Source of the DNA: Vezdaea acicularis
Lineage: Eukaryota
Reading direction: 5' to 3'
DNA: 64,000 bases
NCBI GenBank assembly: GCA_026025075.1
Contig: JAPEUI010000012.1
Location: 1-64,000 of the forward strand
Shown: positions 1 through 12,716 of the stretch, piece after piece
How the letters are laid out: every line of letters begins with the position of its first letter
How positions within the stretch are numbered: position 1 is the stretch's first letter
Translations under genes and position numbers: made by a program
Notes under the pieces: model-generated
Databases searched by the model: none
What the model was told of the DNA's origin: nothing
Seen by the model: the letters and a program-made list of their open reading frames with translations, nothing else

Positions 1-14
1 GATTTCTTGCTTAC

Positions 15-149
15 CTGTTCTGGGCAAGTACGAAGGCCCATCCATCGCATGGCGCCCTCCTCCACTAGGATGACAGGGTGGTCGTGCGCTTCAAAAACAG
101 CATAAACAACGTCAAGATAGCCAGTTTTCCTGGCTCTGGACGGGGCCAT
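15..149 (-). CDS. First exon of a hypothetical protein continuing beyond the window start (MAPSRARKTGYLDVVYAVFEAHDHPVILVEEGAMRWMGLRTCPEQ)
   Basis: ATG at 149-147, 45 open codons, then a GTAAGC donor at 14; protein-like composition. Confidence 0.55.
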
Positions 150-351
150 ATTTAGAAAATTCGGTCGTTATGAGGGTATTTCAAGTAAAAGGTAGTGCAT
201 TGGTCAAAGTTGATAGAAATGGTCCAATAACACGGATCTGAGGTGTCATGCCTATGACCAAGACCATAGAAGCGACAGACAGAATTAGTGGCGCATAAGC
301 GATCACAACCTGCGGGCTAGAAGTGGACCCGGCGTGCCGGCATGTGGTGTG

Positions 352-501
352 CCGGCACGCGGTTAACAAAATAACCCGCACACCGTACGGGCCAAAGAGG
401 CAGTTTTCGCTTAGAAGCAAGGTACTTCTCCACGTAAATTTGGTGATAAGGTACCTCGCTAAGCCCTTGGTGTGCGGGTTTTTTTGATAACCGCGTGCCG
501 G
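352..501. mobile_element. MITE-like 150-bp element with 33-bp terminal inverted repeats
   Basis: 352-384 (ccggcacgcggttaacaaaataacccgcacacc) matches the reverse complement of 469-501 at 31/33 positions; no coding capacity. Confidence 0.6.
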
Positions 502-1217
502 ATAGAATGCAGAGAAACTAAGGAAATAGCTCCATGCTGCTTTGAAGGCCATGCAACGAAGCGGTTGACAAAAATGATGGCGCATTAGCGAACAATGGGC
601 ATGTTAATCCATCAGTATACGTTACTCTTAGTAGTACCAAGATCGTGAGCATTTGATGGCGATTCTTCTTAGCATGAGCTCGATAGTACTGCGTCTTTAC
701 TCTTGTTAGACCATGATGCTCCGGTTTACACCCACGGCCTGGCAGGGCTATTTTCTGCTTTCAAGTGTGAAGCATTTAGATATGGGAGAACCCACGTTTG
801 ATGCGCCACCAATTTTGACCACATCTTCGTTAGCTTCTTTGCATTCTATCCGCGACCGGCAAGCCTCGCGTACGCAAAACGGCCGGTCGCCTGCGAAACC
901 TTCTTAAAGCATCAGATTGGCCCAACTTTCTCCAGAAGTCTAGATTTGTAACCTCCGATTGCTCTTCGGTGCACTTTGTGATTTACAAGAAGATCTAAGT
1001 CTATATGGTACCGCTCTATTCCCTTCAAGGTTGCCTGATTTTGGTCCTGTCTGCGTATGCGAGACTTTTGAAAACCGCCTCCCGTCAACTTTGTCCACAG
1101 CCTCTTCTCTCGATGGTACTTGTGAATGCACCAAATAGAGCGATTGCGTCTGTGGTTTTCAACTCGGAAACTCGTGCCCACCATTGCTGATCTCTGACAC
1201 CACATTCTTTGGACTTT

Positions 1218-2317
1218 TCATGCATTCGGCTTCCCCAGAGATGCTAGTGGGGGTCGACCAACCAATATCGTGTATGCGTCTTGATACTTTGTGCTGGTGT
1301 TTCTGACGATTTCCACCGGGATATCGATGCCATGCTTTCCCTTCAAACCCTCTCTCGTAAGCCAGTCCCGTAGGTACTGCTTGTCAAAGCTGTGTTGCGG
1401 TAAACCAACCGCGTATGAGCTGGCAGGCCAGAAGCGCGATGAGTCGGGTGTGATGACCTCGTCCACAAGTACTACCTCATCAGTCTTGGCATCTAGACCA
1501 AACTCAAACTTGGTATCAGCTATTATGATTCCCCGCTCAAGGGCATACTCCTTTGCCTAATCAGAGCTGCATTAGAGCAGCCTGAAATCTTAAGAATGGA
1601 GGACTTACAACGCAATAGAGCCTAATGGCAAGCTCCTCGATCCGCTTGGCGTATCTTTCTCCAACGATTTCGGCGGCTATAAAAGACATTAGAATCTGGC
1701 TACCAGAGACCTTAGGAGTTTCCACTCACCTCGTTCTGGATGTATGTTCTCATCTACATGCGGTGGCCCGTTAGATCGATATGTCAATGAGGGCACATTC
1801 CCGCTAGAAACTCACCGTTCCCCCCAGCTTCTGCTTTGGTGCTTGGCGTATACATGACGCCGCTTGGAAGCTTCTGACTCTCTTGAAGTCCAGGCGGCAT
1901 CTTAATACCATGCACGGTCCCTCTCGTTTGATATTCTTTCCACGCTGAGCCAGTCATGTAGCCACGAACTATCGCCTCGATAGGGAAAACGTATAGTCGA
2001 CGTACTTGCATGCAACGATCGCGTAATTGTTCATGGTACTTTTCGGGAACATGCGCAGGTATGTTGAGAGAGAGAAAGTGCGTCTCCAAATTTGGAATAG
2101 CATTGGACAGAATGGAGATCCAATGTGCAGAAAGAAGAGTTAGTATGACTCCTTTGCCCGGTATGCCATTATTCATGACCGTGTCATACGCAGAGATACG
2201 ATCAGTCGCAACAAACAATAGTGTCTCGCTATCGATAGCGTATAGATCGCGGACTTTGCCCCTTGCCACAAGCTCGAGAGCATCCCCAAGGTCAGTCAAT
2301 GTGACAGAGTTGGCCAT
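1218..2317 (-). CDS. ADE1: SAICAR synthetase (multi-exon)
   Basis: RGKVRDLY, LLFVATDRISAYD, PIEAIVRGY.TGSAWKEY, IIADTKFEFG, DEV.TPDSSRFW and SFDKQYLRDWL motifs across about 4 exons. Confidence 0.97.
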
Positions 2318-3070
2318 TTGCGGGTAGGATTGCTATAATCAACTCACAATCCTGCGGGCGAAGGTATACAGGGCGCAAGCGAGCGCAAGTCCTCGTTGAA
2401 TGACCCTCGCGCTCAGCACATTGCTGCACTCTTTGGGGTAGAGTAGCTATGTATTGATTTATTCTCTGGGGCGGAAGACTGGTCTATTTACACAAAATTG
2501 CATTCTTGAGTTCTTCGAGTGTTACACCGACAGACTCCTGGGTCCCTGACAAAACTTTGGCCTGTCCTTACAAGTAGTTATAAGTATCACGACTGATATT
2601 ATTTTCTGGACAAATTCAATGAAATCAGCCAATTAATCGTATATTAAGAACCCAAAGCCCTCTTAATTAAGCCTAATTTCGTGTTATGGCGTCTTCAAAG
2701 CGTGGCAGATCGAAGCCTCGCGTTGCTGGGAAGGTGTATTGAGACTTTTACCCCCCGCTCTTGTGGCTCTACTCGAGAGAGACCGGTACTGATAACAGCA
2801 CGTATCAAAAATCGAAATGGTAAAGCGGGGAATGAAGAATTTTATTCCGACTCGTGCCTTTAACATGAGAGGAGGCTTTTAATCTGATGGAAAGAAAAAT
2901 GCTCCATTTGCTAAGTGATGTGCTTTCTTTCATTAACTTCCATGGCTATCCATACGTCTCACAATTTCTTTTGTTCTCATAACGACTTCAAAATAAAACA
3001 AGCAATCCTCATAGATCCCCCACACATTTTGTCCCCACAGCACCTCTCAGCTCATCATGATCAGCATTCT

Positions 3071-3742
3071 CTAGCACACTCCCGGCGGCGTGACATTGTC
3101 ATCGATGAGAGTGACAGCGCCCAAATCAGCAAAGAACCCGCCAACATCCTTCACTCCACTATCAACACTGATGGAGGTATGGGCAATAATAGTTCCGTTG
3201 AAGTTCGTCGAGGCCCCAAGAGCAGCTGAGCTTCCCACACAAAAGAAGACGTTGCAAGCCTTAGCACCATTTTTCAGAAGGATTTTGGAACCCGCAGCCG
3301 TTGTGAAAGTAGTGCCGATCTGGAATATGAATTGACCGTTGGAGTTCCCAGCAGCATCGAGAGTAAGGACGCCGCTAAGACTTGCCGTCGTCGCAAACTT
3401 GTAGATACCTGGCAAAAGGGTCTGCCCGGCGCCAAGAGGCGTGCCCGACAAGATTTTGGTTGGCGTCAGACCAACACATACGCCGTAAGTGGTATGGGCT
3501 TGGCTCTTGCACAAATTTGCTGAAGGGGTGTTGATGTTGATCGCGCTGGCTACACCCGGGGGGAACCCGGTGACTGATGTGCCAGGCGACAAACCTATTG
3601 GTCCATTGATGATTGTAGCACCGGAGTTTGTAATCGTGGTAGCTGCGCACACGCCATAGGTTGCTGCTGTCGAGCCAAGGGTTAGACCTTTGACCCCTAT
3701 GGCGAGCAAGAGCCCGCACACGAAACAGAGTGAGTGAAACAT
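3071..3742 (-). CDS. Secreted ice-binding (antifreeze) protein, DUF3494/IBP-1 family, intronless
   Basis: Hydrophobic signal peptide; G.IGLSPGTSVTGFPPG, TLLPGIYKF, LTLDAAGN.N..FIFQIG.T.TTA..S...L.NGA.ACNVF..VGSSA.LG motifs; Thr/Gly/Ala-rich. Confidence 0.92.
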   Translation of the reverse strand: MFHSLCFVCGLLLAIGVKGLTLGSTAATYGVCAATTITNSGATIINGPIGLSPGTSVTGFPPGVASAININTPSANLCKSQAHTTYGVCVGLTPTKILSGTPLGAGQTLLPGIYKFATTASLSGVLTLDAAGNSNGQFIFQIGTTFTTAAGSKILLKNGAKACNVFFCVGSSAALGASTNFNGTIIAHTSISVDSGVKDVGGFFADLGAVTLIDDNVTPPGVC

Positions 3743-4955
3743 GGTCTTTAATGAGGTACGCTGGGCTTCGAATGAGGAAAGATCCAGAAAGATGGTGTCG
3801 ACGAGAGAGCGCTGTCCGGGGTGAACTCAATAAAACTCGTTCGGTTTGAGAAGAACGATGGAATGAATACTGGATTCAAAAGATAAATACGGCAGCGAAG
3901 CCTCTTTAAGTAGCTATTCGGTCTGCCCCGTCGTCCACGTTAGGAATAGTCAATGGGATCGATACTACTGCACTGGCCTGTAAACATCTCACAGTTGAGC
4001 GTTTCCTGCATCGGTGGTGATCTCAATGAGGAATGCCGGCCGAGAGGGGCAAAAAGCGGTCAGGTCTTCTGGTTCACTGCAAGGTCTTTTCAGCTCTCAA
4101 CAGCCTATCAAGCTCGGATTCATCCAGCACTGCCAGTCATGTGGGAGCATGGTAAGCAGGGAAAACCTATAAGAACAGTGTAGGAGATATGAGTGTCAGT
4201 GCTGTCGAGTTGGGTTATGTGTCAAGCTGTCGAGAACCTATTGAGCACGACCGTGACTATCATGGTCGCATCTAGCTTTAGGTCTCTGGCAAATTCCTCT
4301 GCCACTGATAGGTCTTTTGGAAACAGAGGCTTTTCTTCCAGAATCAGTGGAGAAAAGTAGAAAGGAAACGGGAGAAACTCCGTGATCTTTACTTTAAGAT
4401 CTGTAAGATCTATGCAGGGATGTGATGCGGCCCGTCCGTCACAGTGTCTCAGTTTGGCCATGATCGAAAGATCATATGGTCATCGAGAATCGCGTCTTCG
4501 TGTAAAGACGAAGGAGGAGAAGAAGAAAAGAAACGTCTGTGAGGGGATGAAGGCGTGTAATACAAGGAATTTATTGGTCGTATCACCGTTGGCTGAATCG
4601 TCTGGTTCGCACACATGGTTCAGTAACAATCTTCACACTGTACTAGATCAGTTCGAGTTGTATTCAGCTGATACCCCGAATATTGGATATTTGATTCATG
4701 GCTTTCTTGCACGCCATGAGTCTGAGACACTGTCCGACAACGGGATGCTGAATTTGGCCTGGAAAAACAGGGTCTGCGTCAAATTCCCACCTATTCGACC
4801 AAAATCTGGATGATTTGAAGGTCTCGTCTAATGCCGGAACGCTACGACCATTAAGAAGTCAAAGCACCTGTGAGGGCGAGCGGGGCATCAGATTCCATGA
4901 GCAGGGCTAGCATGATGCCCTTAAGCCGTGCAGAATATTCGGCTTTAGACAATGC

Positions 4956-5014
4956 GGACCCGGCGTGGTTGGATAGAATGCGGGGAAGCTAAGGGAATTG
5001 CGCTACGCCGCTTT
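4956..5014 (+). repeat. Diverged dispersed repeat related to 325-336 plus 501-543
   Basis: Shared ggacccggcgtg, and 34/43 identity between 501-543 and 4972-5014, mostly transitions. Confidence 0.55.
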
Positions 5015-5413
5015 ATAGATCCTTCCCACGCGCAAAAGACGCAAGAGGCACATGTCACAAATGGCGCTCTTCACGATTGAATCAATTAGAATAAAGAGGT
5101 CCTAAGCAAGGTGAAGCTATTCAAAGTGCTAGCAATATCTTAAGGACAAGGACGCTTTTTTGGGCATGGTGAAGCTTGCTACATAGTCGAGGCCTGGTAT
5201 GCAACATAAGCGTTGAGGACGTAACTCATGCATATCTAAGCAAAATCGACCGCTAGAGCACGCTAAAGCCCTTAGCGCCTCCGCGTTTGATCCGTGTTCC
5301 GCGGATTGTTGTGGTCGCATCTTTGCGGACCAGACCCCTATCACGAGTTTCTTTGAAGAGAGAAGAGCTCTGCAACGAACGATCTGATGGATCGAACCGA
5401 AGAATGTTGAGTC

Positions 5414-8063
5414 ATGGCTCGGTATCTGACACCCTCTAAGATTGGTCTGCTTGCTTTGATCCAGTTGTACACAGATTTAATGGTCCCGACATCTGCAACG
5501 ATTCCGATCCTCTCTTTTATTGTTGCTCGTTTACTCCCTTTCCAGCCTCCTACAGAGAAGCCGCTCGGGTCATTATCCAATGACCAGAGTTCTCTCATTC
5601 TCATTGAAGATTTTCAGAAGCTTACCATAGTACACTCTTCTGGCATTCCAGGTCGTACCATATGGGATCTTTTCCTCAAGAAATTGTGGGACATAAATTC
5701 TTTTGATGCACTACACGGGCTTTTCGATGATCTATCAATGGTCCTGGTCAAGACTCGAGAGGAGCATTTGCGGGATCTCGAGCAAGGCCTTGCCCCTCCA
5801 CCCGAGCATATGATACTTCTTTCTCGCAATTCCCCCTTAGGGACTTTTGTTCGCAGAGTCCAGTTGGAATTTACACGAGTGCAATTCCATGACTCTATGA
5901 CGTTATGGAACAGTTTCGTTCAATATAGAAAGCCTACCTTGGGTTTGTGGAGGAAGCGTAATCCAACAGCGGGGCCAATGAGCTTCGACACAAACTTACA
6001 AAGCGAGGGGCTCACTTGGGAAGACGCGTTGACTTGTGTACTTTACGGAACGGAAGAGGGTAGGACTTCTAGTACCTCCGATGGCTTCGTTAGCACGAGT
6101 GAAACAGAAAAGTTATTAGAATTCCAAGTGGAAAAGATGCAGAGTATGTGCACAAGGTTCCCATGCACTTTCAGGAAGGTTGCTAACGATCTACTCAGAA
6201 ATCGGCCACCGAATGCCTGAAGGGATCAAAGGGTGGCTATCAGCCTTGCTAAGGGATAAAGGTACAGTACCAAGCCTTTTGCATTATGTGAGGTAAAAAA
6301 AATATGCTCCCCTTTTGTTGTGCTGCTATCCTGACAAGCTTCTAGATTTCTAGATGCTTGGCGTGCAGGCGACTACCCTACTTCTTTTGATAACCTCCAT
6401 CGATATTTCGACTATACCATGCACAACCACGACCGTACCTTTTACCAATATGCTCTTCTTAACCTTGCTTTTCTACAAGCAGACTTTGGATGCTATGTTG
6501 AAGCCGTCGCTGCTATGCAAGAGACAATATCTACGGCCCGCGAAAACAAGGACATGGCTTGTCTGAACTTCAGCTTAAGCTGGCTTTATCATTTCGGGAA
6601 AGCTCATCCAGTTGAGATGGAAGGAACGGGGACACGAGGGACCCTAGGGTTAGAGCGTGAAGATCTGGCATTCTTGAGAACCAAGGCCAAAGAAGCATCG
6701 ATGTGGAGTTTGTGGAGTACATCGCTACTGAGCGAAGCTAAACTTGGACTGTCCAGTGTTAGAGCCTCTCTCTTCTCTTGCTCCGGCTTTTGTGTATAAC
6801 GCTCATCACGTTCTCCATTCTAGGGGGACAGTGTGCCCATTGCGTTCGAGAACATATTGCGAGGCTCACACCTTAATATCACAAAGTCCCTGGCGAATGT
6901 TATGGGTTCTCAGATGCTTCTCCAATCGTCTTTGTGGAGCAGGTTGGGGGTCACTCATTTAGCTTGGTCGTTCACCGAGGTGTTCCTCCAGTGCTATGCA
7001 GAACCATCCCCTCTAGAAGACATTCTAAAGTGCATGTGCCGTAGCGCCTACATAGTGAGTGCGTAAGGTCCCTACAACATGCATAGCTAACTCCAATGCC
7101 TCTCGACACAGATGACCGAGAAGGGTCATTACGAGGCCGCACGGGCTCGCATGGATGAAGTCGAACGAGACTGGCTCCGTGCATTACGATTGAATCAATA
7201 TTGGGCAGTGTTTTGTGGTATTCTCAAGCTGAAACGTGAACTGCGACGGTATGTTTTTGATGTGTAACCCAATATCTGATTGCATTATAACTTCCATACA
7301 GAAATAATCTGAACGTGGCTGATCGCCTCCTTCTACAACTGCTATCTCAGCCGTCACCTGATCCGGAAGTTTCATACGAAATCAGTATTCTTCAAATTGA
7401 GCTTTTGATTCGGCGAAGCTCCTACGCAGAAGGACTCTCAAAGCTCGATAATATTGCAACAAGTCTGAAAGAAGCGAATGGGGACATCGATCATCGCGTG
7501 CACCTTCTCACCCTGAAGGCCATTATGCTTCATAAATGTGGCCGTCCCGAGAAAGGGTTTTCGGTCGCCGTAAGGGCTGCAAGCATCGCGTTACGAGCTC
7601 GTTTATTACCGTCGCTCTGGGAAGCGATCGGTGCAGTGGCAAATATACTATTACAACTAAAAGATTTCGCAGCGGCAGGGAAGCTGGCCTCTGCAATCAT
7701 GCCTCAGGTTCTAGAATACGAAAATTCAGCGTTAAGCGCGTACATGTATTCCATTCTCGTAGATGCCCACATGGGTCTCGCGGGTGCAGTGAAGCGTGGC
7801 TCATCAAAGCGTAAGGAGTGCTTGACGAAAGCCTCCGAGTTCATCGATAACGCATTCGCTGGTGAGTGACTCGCACGAGTCTTGAGCAGATCAATGTTGA
7901 GTGTGCTGATCAATGTACAGAGTTCTCCCATATAAAGGATATTCAGGGTCAATGCGACATGATGGCCAAGAAAGCAACGATCATGCATTTGGTGGGGGAC
8001 TTAGTGCTTGCAAATGACTACGCAGCGAAGTACCTTGATTTGAAAAGACAGAGAGGAGAGTAA
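5414..8063 (+). CDS. APC5: Anaphase-promoting complex subunit 5 (multi-exon)
   Basis: MARYLTPSKIGLLALI N-terminus, FDNLHRYFDYTM, YQYALLNLA..QADFG, AREN.D..CL.F.LSWL. Confidence 0.92.
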
Positions 8064-8324
8064 AACCTTCCATAAGAAATATCTAACCACAATATATCTA
8101 GCATGTGAGAAGTAGCTTCGAGGGGCTAGAGCCTAAAGGGGTTAAAGCAAGGCGCCTCGCCCGTCACTGCAATTGGTGGTTCTAGAGCATTTGAACCAAG
8201 CTTGTGAGCTGCTAGCAGAGGCCGTAGACACCGTGATGTACAAGATGTCGTTCGTCCATCGACACTGGTTCTTGGCCTGAGTGTGTGCAAATGCTGTCAA
8301 ACTGGAAACACTTCTAAACTGTTC

Positions 8325-8915
8325 CTATTCGTCCTTCTTGTGGTGATTTACTTCTGGGTTCCAGCTAAAATACCATTTAGACCTAATATACCCATGGAGC
8401 AGATAAAATAAATGAATCTACTAACAATAATGTCTGGTCTCCGTTGCCCCACGGATAGCTCTTAGTTCGAATATTTTGATACGCGTAAGCTGTCCGTTCT
8501 TCCAGTGGAGTCTCATGAGCCCAGTGCTCCCAGTGCTCATTCCATAGATTATATGCATTGGCACCCGCGATCAGAAGGCAAGGAATAGTCACGCTTGACA
8601 TTGTGTTAGAACCCGACACTTGAAGGGCATGACTAGACAAGATGCTCCTTACTAGATAGAAAGCTTTCGCCAGAGATCTGCAATCGGTGTCAGTATGGTT
8701 CGATGATCATAGGTTTTGGGGGATATACCGCTCGTAGCTGCCGCATGACTCTTGACAGCCAGCCTTTCCCGATTGAAAGCATTGTCCTGGGCGCCATGCA
8801 GTCCTGAAGTCTCCGTGCTATTGAATCGACGCAGGGGAAGACCGCGTGCTGTGCGAGAACGCAATTGACGAGCGTACAACTGAGTCGCGCGTACGATAGC
8901 ACGATGTGAAGACAT
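8325..8915 (-). CDS. COX13: Cytochrome c oxidase subunit VIa (multi-exon)
   Basis: Mitochondrial presequence, DNAFNRER.AVK.HAAAT, DLWRKLSI, YQNIRTK.YPWG.GD.TL, WNPEVNHH. Confidence 0.93.
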
Positions 8916-9191
8916 AATACTGATGTGCTGGATGCCCGTAGAATTGGTGATGATTTGAATGATCAGGCGAGTCAGATTTGCCGCTCTCATACTCGGAAGC
9001 TATTTCGGTCACGTGATTACGTACCTTTGATGTAACGCATTCTCGCGGTTCGTTCAAGAGAGGTTGTGGCGTCTATATTGGCTCTATACAAAGCTTACGG
9101 AAGCATTGATCTCTGTTTGTGTAAGAGTTACAGTCCTAATGCGATCAATTTCTTTGAATATTTGCCGTAAATCGGCGATCTAGCTAATGCA

Positions 9192-11433
9192 ATGGGTCCA
9201 CGCATCACCACTTGGAATGGTATGTACTGATCTCTGGTTCGTGTACGGCTTAGCTGAGCGTCTGACAGTAAACGGTATTCGGTGCGTCTCCATTCACCTA
9301 CTCCTCCTTATCAGCATTCCGCGGCAGTGACGTCAGCAAGACACTCACTCTCTGGTGACAGCAATCCATTTGGGTTCAAGCCATGGCGGGACAAGAGGAG
9401 CTATGAAGTATATACAGTAAAATCAGCTGTAAAGTGTTTCTTACTAAGACAACAACAGGACATGTTTGAGATATTAGAAGCGGACATTGTTGTTCTACAA
9501 GAGCTCAAGATTCAACGGAAAGATCTCAAAGACGACATGGTTCTAGTGCCAGGATGGGACTGCTTTTTTAGCTTACCAAAGCACAAGAAAGGTAGGCTCC
9601 TGGGCCTAGAATATGGCTGAGCCCATGCTAAGGTATGAAGGCTATTCTGGTGTTGGTGTGTACACTCGACAGGCTATTTGTGCTCCTACCCATGCAGAGG
9701 AAGGCATCACTGGGATATTAAGTGCGCCCGGCTCTAGCGTGAGCTATAAAGAACTACCTGAAGAGCAGAGAATTGGGGGATACCCTACGGATGACCAGCT
9801 TACGAGCGGGGGGGCTGTAGATGCGGCGACGCTAGACTCAGAAGGTCGTGCCATTGTTCTTGCGTTTCCAGCCTTTGTGCTCATTGGCGTTTACAGCCCA
9901 GCAAACCGAGACGAAAATCGTGATAATTTTCGCCTAGGCTTCCTCAATGCCTTAGACGCTCGTGTACGAAATCTGATCCGTGAGGGGAAAAGAGTGGTCT
10001 TAACTGGAGATTTGAATATCAGCCGAGAAGAGCTAGACACAGCTAATGCTGCATCACACATGAGGAAACACGGCATTAGTGAGGAAGACTACCTTTCAAG
10101 CCCAGCAAGGAGACTTCTGAATCATCTACTCGTTGGCGGCAAGATCATCGGTGATAGAGACATCGGTAGGGAAAATGCTGTATTATGGGATTTGTGTCGA
10201 GGCTTTCATCAAGGTCGGAAAGGCATGTTTACGTGCTGGGAACAAAAGGTCAATGCGAGACCGAGTAATTTTGGTTCGAGGATTGATTATGTCCTCTGTT
10301 CTTACGGAATCAAGGATTGGTTCTCTGATTCGAACATACAGGAAGGTTTGATGGTTCGTTTTTCATCATGAGGTCGCCTACAGCAGACTAATCATCTGTA
10401 TTAGGGTTCTGACCATTGCCCGGTCTATGCAGAGATGAAGGATGTTGTCCTCATCCAGGGATGTGAAATCTTCATCCTTGATCTAATGAATCCAAGTGGC
10501 GTTTTCAAGGATGGACGGCGGATTGAAGGGGCCTCAACGCACAGCCACCTCGCCCTTTCTGGTAGGCTTCTCCAAGAATTCAACAGAAGACGAAGTATAC
10601 GCGACATGTTTACCGCAAAGCCATTTGGCCTCAACATTGAGTTCCCCAGGTCACCACCAACAAGTAACGCTAGCGGAAACCGAGAGGCGGATAAGCCTAC
10701 CAAGGAGTTGGCTTCCAGGCCCGGACAAAACAGAACCGATCGTAAAGAAGCTTTGCTCACATCTCCTGCCTCTAAAGTGCAGCTCTCTACGTCTTCCACA
10801 CTTCCCCCTAGTAGGAGTAGCGCATCCAAAAGCGGCGTACAGAAACGACCAGCACCAGAGAAGACTTCTCCTCGTTCGCTCAAACGCAGCAAGTCAGGAT
10901 CGTCTGCCATCAGCTTTGTCTCTACGAGGGGCCAGCAGAGTCTCAAAGGCTTCTTCCAAACCAGCACGCCGGAAAGGGCTGTTAAGGGCAATGCAGATGG
11001 AAATGAAGACGCCAAGCCTAGCCAGGCGTTTGGAGAGTGCTTGAGCGTGCCAGCGACCCATGCAAGGCCAGTCGCAGCTTTCGGCACCAAAGAGGTCCCC
11101 CTGCCAGCAGACACCAATCCCAATCCGGAGAAGGCAGGTGACGCCCCCTCCACACCATCCGATGTCCTGGCCCAACCCTTTATCGATGAGGCTGAAGAGA
11201 CACACGATCCAATCGTAGCCAAGGAATCATGGTCTAAACTCTTCTCCAAGCGGCCTCCTCCGCGCTGCGAGAGCCATCAGGAGCCATGCATCAGTCTGAC
11301 CACGAAAAAGAGCGGAGTGAACTGTGGCCGCGTGTTCTGGATTTGTCCTCGTCCATTGGGACCAACGGGGATGAAGGAGAGAGATACGGCCTGGAGGTGC
11401 GGCACGTTTATATGGGCCAGCGACTGGAACTGA
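9192..11433 (+). CDS. APN2: AP endonuclease / DNA lyase 2 (ExoIII family with C-terminal zf-GRF)
   Basis: RITTWNVNGIR (via a 13-nt micro-exon at 9269-9281), LQELK, GYSGV, GDLNI, GSRIDY, GSDHCPV, PIP box QQSLKGFF, zf-GRF. Confidence 0.95.
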
Positions 11434-12188
11434 GGTACCACATGACCAGATTCTTCGTTTGCGCGCATTGCCACCATTGGCGTTTGACTTGCGGATTGTG
11501 CTCAGGCCTGTTCTGTGCCGTCATTGCGAGCCGGCGTCGGAGATTGAACTCTGCGTTGCCCAATTACACACCCGTAGCTTTGCAGCTACCAGCTCGCAAA
11601 AGAAGAATCTTCTCCGGCAGAGACCAGCCAGAAAGTAACGTGTAATGAGAACGCATGTAGGTATACTTTTCCCAGTCCTCCCTTCTTGGTATCAGCAGAC
11701 AGTCGATTTGTCTCTGTTTCCTTCTACCTCTTTCCTCAAACCATGTCCAATTCAATTTCCAGGTCGGGCGTTTACGGGTCAGGCGACTCAGGCGTCTCGG
11801 CAAAAAATCACCCACATTCCCAATGTCACGATAGATACCCCTTATATCTCTTCTATCCATCCAAACTATGCTCCTTCTTAGCCTGACCTCTCCTTAGCTC
11901 CTTCATCTTGCAATGTTGTATAGTTTGAGGGCCTTTTCATAAGCGGAAGTCGCATCCCCGCAGCAGTTTCCCCATACAGCCTGCGGTTGTGTGCCAGCTT
12001 TCCTCACACGTCATCACGTGCTCCCTCGCTCTCCAGGCCTCAGCCCTCACTCTTTCCCAATTGAGCCCTCATCCCGCGAAGCACAGCCGACATGACGAAT
12101 ACCGTCTATCCGGTCCGGACAGTACAATCCGGTCACATTTCCTAATCCGTCCTCTCGAGCCGTCTTGACTGTCAGATGACAGCGGCAC

Positions 12189-12503
12189 GCCTACCCAAGC
12201 CTCTCCTGATGGCTCTCAAGGTGTAATTATGAGCACCGTCGAGGCCACTCCCTTCTTTCCGAGTTAAAATGAGGAGGGCGGAGTTGACGCATTCGGGCCA
12301 ATAATCAGACACGTCACATCGGGTGGCCTTCTTGAGGCTTGTAGGCCTACCCAAGCCTCTCCTGACGGCTCTCAAGGTATAATTATGAGCACCTTCAAGG
12401 CCACTCCCTTCCTTCTGTGAGGTAGAATGAGCAGGGCGGAGTTGACACATTCGGGCCAATAATTCAGACATGTCACATCGGGTGGCCTTCTTAAGGCTTG
12501 TAG
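12189..12503 (+). repeat. Tandem duplication, 2 copies of ~156-159 bp
   Basis: Units start gcctacccaagcctctcc at 12189 and 12345; about 90% identical by eye. Confidence 0.93.
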
Positions 12504-12716
12504 GGTCGGAAAAAGTCTATAAAAGCCCTTCCCCCCTCTCCTCTTCGTAGGGCTCTCCTTCCTCTTTCTCTTTCTCTCACTCCTTCTCAATCCCTACCTT
12601 TCCTTCGTCTTGTCGCTCATTGAAGATCAGATTAAGCTAGTCCAGCTGCCTCTACCCTTTTCAAGCTTCAAAGTACCCAATATACGGTGCCACAAGCTTT
12701 CTTCAAGATTTTCAAG

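Noticed and set aside
912..1205. 97-aa minus-strand ORF just after ADE1
   Set aside because: No recognisable motif; non-ATG start; likely 3' UTR or intergenic
4222..4830. Possible gene remnant upstream of the ice-binding gene
   Set aside because: Frames are interrupted by stops and no family could be recognised
10425..11249. Long antisense ORFs over APN2 and other genes
   Set aside because: Shadow ORFs of real coding sequence on the opposite strand
12172..12590. ORFs with repeated peptides, or a CRISPR-like array
   Set aside because: They simply translate a two-copy tandem duplication; there are no spacers and the context is eukaryotic
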